Assembly (NCBI GenBank): GCA_002269645.1
Contig: NIVC01000019.1
Location: 496,001-560,000, forward strand
Length of the DNA stretch: 64,000 nt
Direction of reading: 5' to 3'
Source of the DNA: Macrostomum lignano
Lineage: Eukaryota
The translations under genes were made by a program, and so were the position numbers. A model generated the notes under the pieces. That model saw nothing but the letters and a program-made list of their open reading frames with translations. It had not been told where the DNA came from and made no database searches. Each line of letters begins with the position of its first letter. Positions within the stretch are counted from its first letter, which is position 1. Below are positions 12,440 through 22,445 of the stretch, piece after piece.

Positions 12440-12530
12440 AAGATTTTCAGTCGCGCTAGGGTCTCGTTTTTATAGTGATTTTGTGAGGCCTCCCATTGGC
12501 TCCGCCAGCCTGCAAGCAAGCAAGCAAGCA
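12440..12530 (-). promoter_or_regulatory. CCAAT box + TATA box promoter of gene A copy 1
   Basis: Minus strand reads GGCGGAGCCAATGGGAGGCC..CACTATAAAAACGAGACCC upstream of the ORF; conserved with 15230-15285. Confidence 0.65.
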
Positions 12531-13262
12531 AGCCAGTCTGTCCGTGCCCAAACCCCCCAACCCCAGGTAGTCTGACTCAACAGCGAGCTATGCCTGTTTT
12601 AATAATAAAATTTCAGATTCTCAAAATTTCAGAGTCTAGGTTATTTCAATTTCAAAAACAAATGAAATAAGACCATTTTTTAATTCCAGAGATGTTATTA
12701 TCAGTGCCGGTTTATTCAATTCAAAAAGATGGTTTTCACTTTCACATTATTAGAGTTTATATAACACAGAAACAAATTCCCACAAGTAAAAATTATACAA
12801 TTGAGAGTTAATCAACATCCTGCACAGAAGAAGCAAAGAATGGCATCAAAACGGCCAGCTGCGGAAGCTGCCATATCAGCATTGTGGGGCGAGCAGGCCC
12901 ATCTCAACACACAAGGCAAACACAAAGTCCCACAAATAAAAATTATACAATTGAGAGTTCATTTTGTCGCGGCCAAATTGACGGCAGACAATATGATGCC
13001 AACAGTTAATACAAGCGTTGCCCTGACTGCGGGTTAAAATGTTACAATCCGCAGTGCTTTAATAATCACCGCCAAAAGAACCGAGCCGGCAGGTCTCGCT
13101 GCAGCTCCATACGCGTCTGCTCCAAATGCGGATATTTGGAGGAGATGAAAGCGGGCCAAAAGGAGCCAGAGCACAGTAGAGTTATTATTATACAAACATA
13201 TATTCCCACAAAAGCATACAACCCACACAAAAGAGTTTTTTTAGAAATTGTCTTAATCATTT

Positions 13263-13862
13263 TCACTCGACACGCATTGTGGGCAGCTGCTGCAGTTTGG
13301 CCTTGTCGCTGCTGTAGATTAGCTTAATTCGCTTGTTCTGCTCCTTGATCACAACGGCCCAGGCAGCAAAGGCCGGCTCGTGGGGCCCAATCTGATGGGC
13401 CGGGGTCTTGAAAAGCTGTTCATCAGTCAGGCCAGCAGCCCAGCTCTCGAGTTCAGTCGAGTCTGGAGGAAACGAGTGCCACCACTTGTAGCTGCTGCTG
13501 CCGTCAGTCCTAGAAAGCTTCTTCACCTGCGGCTGCAGTTCAATCGGTGGCGGGGTGCCAGCACTGCGGCGGCGGCTGCCCTCGCCGTCACCATCGATGC
13601 TGCTGTTGAACCCCGATGATGGCTCCGAAGCCGTCTTGGGCGGCGGCGGCGGCGGCGGCTGCGATGAGGGCGAGCGCTGGAAATACTCCATCAAGTTCAG
13701 CACCAAATTGTGGACTGCTCTGATGGATGCTGACGTTGATTCGCTGTTTGCCTCGCAGTCGAATGCGTCTTTTGCGTCAAATCTGCCTAAAAATCGACAC
13801 TTAAAGGCGCGATACGTAGTGTCCATATGTACATCGTCAGCCTCTATGCATATCCACCACAT
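13263..13862 (-). CDS. Orphan protein B (199 aa, Pro/Ser-rich middle, Trp-rich C-terminal part)
   Basis: Uninterrupted GC-rich ATG-started ORF inside AT-rich spacer. A paralog of its N-terminus (TTYRAFKCRFLGRFDA) exists at ~17725-17800. Confidence 0.55.
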   Translation of the reverse strand: MWWICIEADDVHMDTTYRAFKCRFLGRFDAKDAFDCEANSESTSASIRAVHNLVLNLMEYFQRSPSSQPPPPPPPKTASEPSSGFNSSIDGDGEGSRRRSAGTPPPIELQPQVKKLSRTDGSSSYKWWHSFPPDSTELESWAAGLTDEQLFKTPAHQIGPHEPAFAAWAVVIKEQNKRIKLIYSSDKAKLQQLPTMRVE

Positions 13863-14119
13863 AACCCCAAAATAAAGGATTCATATTGTCGGAGACTGGT
13901 TAGAATATCTAGAATATTCGGAATGACTTGAATTCATACGAGTACAATAGCCTACATGCTTCTAAAAGCGCGGCCTTTTCAGACCCTCAAACTCTCTTTC
14001 TCTCGCCAAACAATGGGGTGGCGGTTGCGTCATCCAAGTCCCTCTGCTCCCCCAAGTTTGCCCTCTGAACAAGACAGGCGCAGGCAAACTTGAAACAATT
14101 AAAACTCTTTCAAGTCACG

Positions 14120-14430
14120 CCTCGCGAATTCGCAAATTACAGCCGCTCCAAAACTATAAGTTAGGCAATACGCCCCTGCCATGATTAAACATCACCACAG
14201 ATTCCCCAAGGGTCGATCAGGCCAGCGCCCACTTGCGCAACGCCAAGCCCGACCTTCCGGGAATAGGAATGGAAGTCCCCTCCGGGGTTTGAATTGAATT
14301 GAAATCCCTGGAGAGACACTTACGCAACCGCGATTGAGCCTGGACATTGGGCAATCACATCCTCCAGCGGGTGAGCGGACACCTTCAATCAGAAGTGAAA
14401 CCTTCAAAGCAGAGAGCTGGAATTGGTGAA
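14120..14430 (-). pseudogene. DUT: dUTPase copy 3, heavily decayed
   Basis: Recognisable [43 protein letters not shown] and ATAGTTTTGGAGCG segments colinear with 16588-16930; several indels. Confidence 0.75.
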
Positions 14431-15229
14431 TTTTTAATAGAAATTTTTAGTGAAATAAATTATATCGCTCCATTTGGGAAATGTTGAGATTAACATAGCA
14501 TGCTTCTATATATGTACTTGTATATGTGCATTAATTAATCCCTATCTAATTTCCTCAATGTGCCTCTATATGTACACTGCATACTTCTATATGTACTTAC
14601 TACGTAATGTGCAGATAACGGTTGATTTTGGAGGTGCGAGGTGATGTCAGAGCCAATGCAAATTCAACGCCTATCTAAATGCATTAGAGCTCTTCTAATT
14701 GGTCCAGACCCTCATTATGATTCATGTAAGTCATTATGTGAGATATGCATGCATGTAACTCAATATGTAAATCTAATTATACATGTAATCAGTGTACCAT
14801 TCTTATTTGTATATTGTGTTGTGTTGATTGTGTTGATTAAGACAATTGCTAAAAAACTCTTTTGTGTGGGCTGTATAATCATTGCTTTTTGTGGGGATTA
14901 TGTGGGCTAGATTCAGCCTTCAGCTTGAGAAATGTACTGACATAATTTCTGAACAGGCCAGTCCGCTGCTGGGAATTTGCGTTTCTGCAATTACATCAAC
15001 TCTAGTAATGTGAATTGAAAACCATCTTTTTGAATAAACTGGCGCTGACAATAACATCTCTGGAATTAAAATGGTCTTATTTCATTTGTTTTGAAATTGA
15101 AAATAACTGAGACTCTGAAATTTTATTATTAAAACAGATAGCTATAGATTGCTGCTGTTGAGTCAGACAGACTAACTCGCTGGCTGGGCTGGGGGGTTTA
15201 AGCAGACTTGCTTGCTTGCTTGCTTGCAG

Positions 15230-15285
15230 ACTGGCGGAGCCAATGGGAGGCCTCTCAGAATCGCTATAAAAACGAGACCCCAGCG
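15230..15285 (+). promoter_or_regulatory. CCAAT box + TATA box promoter of gene A copy 2
   Basis: GGCGGAGCCAATGGGAGG (CCAAT ~15240) and CTATAAAAACG (~15264), ~75 nt before ATG 15342. Confidence 0.65.
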
Positions 15286-15341
15286 CGACTGAAAATTTTT
15301 TCAAATTGAAAATTTGTGATCATCTCCTCCTACGGCGCACA

Positions 15342-16290
15342 ATGAACAGAAGCAGCAACCGCAGCCGTAGCAGTGTAAAAGAAGACGAGCCGCCGCAGTT
15401 AGTTGCGGTGGAGGTAGCACTGCGTTGCGGCAAAACCACCTCAATCCTGTGGTGTGGGGTTGGGGGTGGCCGAGTAGGCTGGAACCCGTCGCTTCGCTCT
15501 ACCGTCCGACCGGTTTTAAGTCTGACGTACAAGTCTGACAACAACGGCAGCATCAGTAGCAGCAGCATCAGCCACAATCGCACCAGCATCAGCAGCAGCA
15601 GCAGAAGCAGCAGCCGCAGCATCAGCAGCTCCAATGGCGACGAATTCGTAGGTTGGTGCGGTGGCTTTTATTGCGGCAACAAGTGTTGCCAGCCCGGCAA
15701 CGGTTGTGAATTAATAGGCGCCAACAATGAAGAATGGGGCGTTGCCACCGCCGCAGCCGAAGAAGCCGCCGCCACCGCAACTGCTGTTGTTGCAGCTGTT
15801 GAGTTGGGAAGCCGCAGCAGCAGCAGCAGCGGCCTGAAGCAGAAGAAGAAGAAGAGCAGCCGATTGGGCATCAATTTAGCCCCTCGGATGGGGCTGCAGC
15901 ACAGTAGTGACGCTGCTAGTGGAAAGGTTGCTGCTGCTGCCGCGGCTGACGATGAAGAGGCCGCCTACCAAGAGTTTTTGCGGCGTTGGTGCCGCGAGCC
16001 TGACTTGGACATGGTAAACAATTGCAGATTTTACTATGAATGCATTTTACCCGAAAACTTTTCATTTTGCAACTAAAAACTAATTGCTGATTCAAAATTT
16101 CAATGCATTATAGCGGAAAACTTTCCCCACCCATTCCCATTTCTAGCTAAAGCTGACTATTGTTTTGGCAACCCCTCTGAGGAGAGGGCCTATTATGCCG
16201 CGAAAAGGGAGAGAGAACTGTATGAGGCGGAGCTCCACGAGGAGATAGCCGCGAAATTAGACACTTTGTTCCCCGGTTCGGGGCTTTGTT
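15342..16290 (+). CDS. Orphan gene A copy 2 (exon 1 15342..16013 intact; exon 2 from 16147 apparently frameshifted; unspliced ORF ends 16076)
   Basis: Ser/Ala-rich ORF with KKKKKSSR basic stretch and C-terminal LRRWCREPDLDM. Donor GTAAAC at 16014. Acceptor TTCTAG at 16146 is followed by a 2-nt insertion relative to copy 1. Confidence 0.55.
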
Positions 16291-16587
16291 AATACTGACA
16301 ATTTAATGTTGTGTCTGCACGCATTTTTATTTTCATGCATCCCACACCATATATCTCAACTCGCTATATCATTAAATGTTGTGAATGCACACATGCGTTA
16401 TCCACATGCACCTCGCGCATTAGTTTCAAATAAATTGTTTTGTAAAATTTGAATATTGTGTTGAGATTTTACCTTTTTTTCGAGTAATGATATTTAGAAT
16501 GAATGAAAAAAAACTACAAAACATTCTGTGTGTAAACACTACGACTGATTATAACCGCAAACTCACAATTTCAGCTACATCATCATC

Positions 16588-17050
16588 ATGGCTGCTTTAA
16601 AGGTGTCGCTGCTGACTGATGGTGCTCGCCCGCCGGCTCGTCAGACGATCGGCTCTGTTGGCTTTGATCTCTTTGCCTCTGAAGATGCTGTTGTCCGGGC
16701 CGGGTGATCGGTTGCGCGGGTTCCTCTCGGAATTTCAATCCAACCGCCTGATGGGACCTACGCTCGGATTGCCGGCCGGTCTGGGCTGGCGTTGCGCAAG
16801 TCTATACAAGTGGGCGCTGGCGTGATCGACCTGACTGTACTGGAGAATTGACTGTGGTGATATTTAATCATGACAGTGCGGACTGGTTCATAACTCGCGG
16901 CTACCGTATCGCTCAATTAGTTTTGGAGCGTGTATTGATTGCTCCCGTAGTTTAAGGGATCTCTATAGCGGGGATGGCGAAGAGGAGGTTGCTTCCAGCA
17001 GCCACTCAATTCGCGCTGCTGGGGGGTTTGGGAGTACAGGCTATAATTAG
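16588..17050 (+). pseudogene. DUT: dUTPase copy 2, full length but disabled
   Basis: All five motifs are visible (GFDL, RSGLA, GVID(P)DC, RIAQLV, RAAGGFGSTG). In-frame TGA at 16705, 1-nt deletion at ~16831 and a further frameshift near 16950. Confidence 0.88.
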
Positions 17051-17724
17051 GCCTCAACTTGTTGTTGTCCCCTTGCTGTTTTGCTCTCTGTTTCAACTAT
17101 AGAAATGAAAATATGCACGATCTCCGCTTTTCCAATGTGAAACTATATGAATAGTCTTTTTCAGTAGAATCTTGACTCGTAACTCTACTAAAGGTAGTAA
17201 ATAGTGTAATCAACTACATGTAGGTTTTGGTAATTGAACATATAAATGGAAATGTGCATATATAACGTGTTTTGTAAAACTTCGGGGTTAGTTGACTCAT
17301 TTGGTAGTAGATGCGATTGTGCAACCGCTGGTGCGCACGCACTGACCCATCTCTGCACGTACAGCTGTACACGTAGCAATTAGTGTTTCGAGTTGGAATT
17401 GTACATACACTCTTGTGGGGTTGGCGATTCAAATACGCAGAGCTGAGGCCGTCGTGTAGATTGGGGATTAATGTAGACACTGTACATATAGAACTTGTCA
17501 TAGAAGTAGATTAATGCGCAAGTGTACATATAGAAGTATGCACTGTACAAGTAGACAATGTACATATAGAATTTTGGGTAGGTAGGGATTAATTTACAAA
17601 TGTGAGTACATGAGATTAATGTACATATACGAGTAAATATTATAGTATGCTATGTATATCATGCTTAGGATAGCGTTTTCATATACAACTTACTTCATTT
17701 TTCAGATAGTAGTATAATTTGCGT

Positions 17725-17800
17725 TTGTTGCGTCAAATCTGCCTAAAAACCCGGCAGTTTCTGCGCGTTACGTAGTTAGATGTACTTCGATCTAGTGAAA
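17725..17800 (-). pseudogene. Fragmentary paralog of orphan B
   Basis: TTGCGTCAAATCTGCCTAAAAA is shared with ~13770-13795. It translates TT*RAETAGFLGRFDA versus TTYRAFKCRFLGRFDA. Confidence 0.55.
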
Positions 17801-17977
17801 GGCCTTCCAAGGATTTTGGCGTTGTGAAATTTCAACCCTAAGAAGCGACCCCTTGTCAGCCTCTTGGCTTTAAACAGTTGAGTATACAGTGGACTTTATG
17901 GTCGGGAGACAAAGCCAAGAATTCAACATGTACATGTACATGACTAAATTCCTACATGTCCATTATTTTGAACTGCT

Positions 17978-18495
17978 CATTTTGGCAGTGCAGGCACTCA
18001 TTTTGGCGCCGCAGGCACTCATTTTGGCGCCGCAGGCACTCATTTTGGCGCCGCAGGCACTCATTTTGGCGCCGCAGGCACTCATTTTGGCGCCGCAGGC
18101 ACTCATTTTGGCGCCGCAGGCACTCATGTTGGCGCCGCAGGCACTCATTTTGGCACCGAAGGCACTCATTTTGGCGCCGCAGGCACTCATTTGCCACTGC
18201 AGGCACTCATTTTGGCGCCGCAGGCACTCATTTGCCACTGCAGGCACTCATTTTGGCGCCGCAGGCACTCATTTGCCACTGCAGGCACTCATTTGCCACT
18301 GCAGGCACTCATTTTGGCGCCGAAGGACCTCATTTTGGCGCCGAAGGAACTCATTTTGGCGCCGAAGGCACTCATTTTGGCGCCGAAGGCACTCATTTTG
18401 GCGCCGAAAGAACTCATTTTGGCGCCGAAAGAACTCAGTTTGGCGCCGAAGGAACTCAGTTTGGCGCCGAAGGAACTCATTTTGGCACCGAAGGC
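17978..18495. repeat. 21-bp minisatellite (GCAGGCACTCATTTTGGCGCC)n with 18-bp variant units
   Basis: Direct reading. Confidence 0.92.
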
Positions 18496-18622
18496 ACTAT
18501 ATGAGATATTTTGCGCCCTGAAGAAAAACTATTGATTACCACAACGGGTCAGAAGGTGGGGTGGGGGGGGGACAAAGCAGTGGCATACCCCCCCTAGCTT
18601 TTACTGGGGGGGATGTCCATCC

Positions 18623-19679
18623 GGGAAGCTAGATTAAGCGCGCCAGGAACAAGCGCGCATTTTCACACGTATTTTACATGGTTCGGAATAAGCGCGCAGG
18701 AGAACGGACCAAAACCTGAATAAGCGCGCAGTTAACTTTCCACAGACCGGAATAAGCGCGCAGTATTTTTGATTGATACAGGAAAAAGCGCGCACGAGTT
18801 TTCCCATGACTTGGAACAAGCGCGCCAAAATTTTACCCGCTTTTGGAATGAGCGCGCAGCTGCTTTTGTACTGACGGGATTAAGCGCGCAAATGATGATT
18901 TTAACTGACTGACTGCAGGGGCCTGAAATTTTCAAAGGGCCTTTAGGCTCAATATCTGACTGACTGGCCACAGCTGGCTCTCGCGGCTTCTGATTGGCTG
19001 CAGGGGAGAGGGGTGAAATGTACAGTGCCCAGCGCATGGAGCGTGCAAATCAGGTTGTGGGCCTGATTTGACTTACACTTTTAATTACACTTTCAATTGC
19101 GGCGTTTAAAAGCCGATTACACTGCGATCAAATTATTCAGATTTACTTCTAGCTATGGAGTGCATAGAAGGAAACCGTCGCGGTTCAAAGCTTTTGTAAA
19201 GGACGAATTCGTCTATCGAAAAGACAGTGGCAGAGAAAGAAGAAAAGTCGGTTTCCGCTGCTGCGACAAACACTGCTCTGGTCGCCTACTGCAGCATCAA
19301 GACGGTAGCCTGAGTGTGACATCAGTCCACAATCACGAAGCAGAGGGACAGCGTCTGGAGCTTCTGCACTTAAAGAGTAGACTTAAAAGAAGAGCCGAAG
19401 ATTCGAGTGCCACTCTTCGAGACATTTTTGATGTAATCTTAATCTTAATCTTAGTTCTGTTGAAAATCTGTGCGCGCTTATTCCAGGACTTTTAAAAACG
19501 TTGCGCGCTCTTTCCTGTATCGAGGAATATGGATGCGCGCTTATTACAGTATTTTGATATATCGCAGCGCGCTTATTCCAACAACTTTCCGTGCGCGCTT
19601 GTTCCCTGCGCACTTATTCCGACGTGTGCAAAGAAATACACGTGCGCGCTTATTCCTGGCGCGCTTAATCAGCCCTCCC
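18623..19679 (+). mobile_element. Non-autonomous Mutator-like (MULE) element with FLYWCH fragment
   Basis: TIRs GGGA..GATTAAGCGCGCCAGGAA at both ends, built from repeated AAGCGCGC motifs. 8-bp TSD GTCCATCC at 18615-18622 and 19680-19687. Internal FVYRKD..FRCCDKHCSGRL..HNH resembles FLYWCH. Confidence 0.85.
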
Positions 19680-20167
19680 GTCCATCCTGTCCCCCTGGTG
19701 GCGACGCGCCTGTGAATGCAATGTGAGTATAAATAAGTGTCACCACCTTCAAACGGCAGCAAAAGCAAATGCTAAGTTCCCAAAACATTTGTGAAAGAGA
19801 TTTGTGAAAAACAGTGCGCGAAAAAACTCTTGTGCTCTCATTTCGATACGCTTACTTTTACAATATATTATTTCGACGACATAATATGCTTTATAGGTCT
19901 GTCAACCAAACATTGGAATAAGTATAGTTAGCTAACTTATAAGCTATGCACAGGTAATAAGAGAAGTAACGAAAAGGTTTTTTTCAAAGCAGCTATGCAC
20001 AACAACCAAGTGCTATTATGTTATAGTACCTACATGTATACTTTTCACTTAGTCATGCTGCCTTGACGTGCTCAGGTTAATTGAGCATTGTGCCTTGAAC
20101 CCCATTGAACGACAACGGTGCAAACTGGCAATTTTGCACTGTTTGCAAAATCTTATGTCTATTGCTG

Positions 20168-20884
20168 CTACTGCTGCTCCGAGCAGAGTTCCACTCTCTG
20201 CTGCCGCAACAAGGCCAACATCAGGCTGCCTATATCAATGCTGCAGCTTCGGCGATGTCCGCAGCGCAACGACGCATTGGAGAATTTCGAGCAGCTGGTG
20301 ACTTCTTTATCGCGCTGCCTAGACATATTCTTGAGCTGGTGTAGACTGTCGCTGCCAACCAGTTTGCTGTGGTTGAACATGTTCTTGGAATTGTGTAACA
20401 GCTCTCTTCCAACCGATTTCGAGTTCAACTGTCTAGACGTCTTAGATTTGTTTAGTTGCTCAACTGGTCTCGACTGATTGGAAATTTTTCTAGACCTGTG
20501 TAACCGCTCCGTGCCAACTACTAGTTTGCTGAGATTGGAAACATTCTTGGACTTTTGAAGCTGCTCGACACCGATTGGCTTTGACTTGTTGGACCAATTA
20601 ATAGACTCCTGCAGCGGATCGCGACCGATCAGCTTGGAGCCGCTGTATCGGCGGGTGCGCGACGGTTGGAAATTCGGCTGCGACGCTGGCGGCATGGTGA
20701 TGCGTCGGGACGTCGACTGACGACGAGACGCGGACGTCTTGTAGACGGCTAACAGCACCAAGCCGATGACCAGTATAGTCAGCAAGGTTAGCGACACCGA
20801 CAGGGCAATGATAGCCCCGTTGCTAATGGTGCTCATGGCCTCGTTATTCTGGACGCGAGCTCTGCGGACTGGATGGTTCAACAT
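20168..20884 (-). CDS. Unknown single-pass membrane protein with six ~18-aa cytoplasmic repeats (possibly a terminal exon)
   Basis: 238-codon ORF; hydrophobic GAIIALSVSLTLLTILVIGLVLLAVY followed by basic residues, then SKxxG..L..SKN repeats. Confidence 0.6.
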   Translation of the reverse strand: MLNHPVRRARVQNNEAMSTISNGAIIALSVSLTLLTILVIGLVLLAVYKTSASRRQSTSRRITMPPASQPNFQPSRTRRYSGSKLIGRDPLQESINWSNKSKPIGVEQLQKSKNVSNLSKLVVGTERLHRSRKISNQSRPVEQLNKSKTSRQLNSKSVGRELLHNSKNMFNHSKLVGSDSLHQLKNMSRQRDKEVTSCSKFSNASLRCGHRRSCSIDIGSLMLALLRQQRVELCSEQQ

Positions 20885-21606
20885 TTCTTTTGACTCCGGG
20901 AACTGTTTCTAACGCACCCTGGTAACTTTCTCTCCATCATTGACTGTCCATTTCAGCAGTGCCGGATTAATAGGGCTGCAGATCAGCTAAAATAGACTGT
21001 ATAGAATACTCCTTACTCCTCATGTATGGGGCTGTAAACCTCATTATTATGCAACTATTCTCCATGACTGAAGTCGTTAGAGTGGACTAGTGCTTGAAGT
21101 TCAAATGCGTCTAATCGATGACCTCATTTAATAATTATATCTCTCTGTTTTCAAGACAATTCTACTATCACTATAAAAATTCTGTTTTCAATTAGCAAAA
21201 TAATGAGTGAAAATAAAGTACAATTTACCTACCATTCCGTTTTGGAACCACAGTAATCCGCGAAATTCCTTTCTTCACAGAAACTGAAGCGCAATCAAAA
21301 ACAGAGGTTGGAGGACATGAACCGAAACTAAAAGAATATAATAAGAGTTGATTAACTCGGTTAATTAAACTGATCCTTAGCATATCGTCCGTCAAGTCAA
21401 ATGGCAATCGATTGTAGGAAGTAACTTAGGCCATAGATATGATTTTGCGTATCACCATCATTGCCTGCGGCAGTAAGGCGCGCATCAGGAAACATGCCAG
21501 AAGCTGCTTTCTTCAGATCCACTTCTTCAATTAGCCGACCCAGGATGTAGTAGCGAGTTTAAATCGAGCTCATACCAGAGACGGCAAGGCCGCCTCGGCA
21601 TCTGGG

Positions 21607-22445
21607 ATGGGCGATGAAGAAGAAGAAGACGACTACGAGTCCTACCTGTACTACATTCACAGGTGGCACTGCCCTGACGAGCCGGAAGATGCGCCAATCA
21701 GCATCGCCGGCATGGAGGCCTACATCATGCGGATGCTGGGCGAAGAGGTCATGCAAATGCGCGATCCCATCGATACTGACATGGCCGCTTTCTACCACGA
21801 CAATTGGGACAGCGGCAAGATGAAATTGGCGACAGCGTGAGAAAAACTGTTTTTGCTTCGTCTTGGAGAGTCGCAAGCTCAAAAATCGTGTCCGGTTTCC
21901 ATTCGTGCGCATTCGTGTGGGTGTGTTTAGAGCCAACGGAAATCGGCATGACTTTTATTGCCTCCCCATTAGCTGCCTGTCTATTGTCGTCCTGCTTTGC
22001 GGCGGACATTCGTCCAAGGCACACTGCAAACTAGTATCTAACCCAGCTGCACCCAATCCGCAGAGATTCATTCGCCGACCACAGCCACGAGAATGTCCGG
22101 CGCGTTCTCGGCTGCGGCCACTTTGTCTTGTGCCTGCTGTACATGACGCTAAACTGCATGGAGGTGCAGGAAGGCCCAGCCTGGCCCTACGCAAGATTCT
22201 GGCCTCGGATGCGGGAGAACCTCCTAGGCACGGGCCTGCTGGACCGGAAGACAACTTGCCACGCTGCTGGCGTCTATCGTTGGATGCAGGGCTTCCTGTT
22301 CAAAAACATCTTCAAGCGTATTGAGGATGACGATCCCTACAAAGAGATCGTGCGAATCCCGCTGACTAAACTGCGCGTAATGAGCAGCCCCTGCAACCCG
22401 AAAGCTGATGAGTCCACTGAGAAATTTAAGCGAAATTACAAGTGA
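21607..22445 (+). CDS. Orphan two-exon gene (21607..21836, 22064..22445); 5' end may extend
   Basis: Donor GC|GTGAGA and acceptor CCGCAG|A are phase-compatible and join the two ORF-track ORFs into one reading. High GC3 codon style. Confidence 0.55.

Noticed and set aside
8860-17900. Calling the dUTPase cassette a Maverick/Polinton or virus
   Set aside because: No pPolB, integrase, packaging ATPase, capsid or terminal repeats are visible; the origin is left open.
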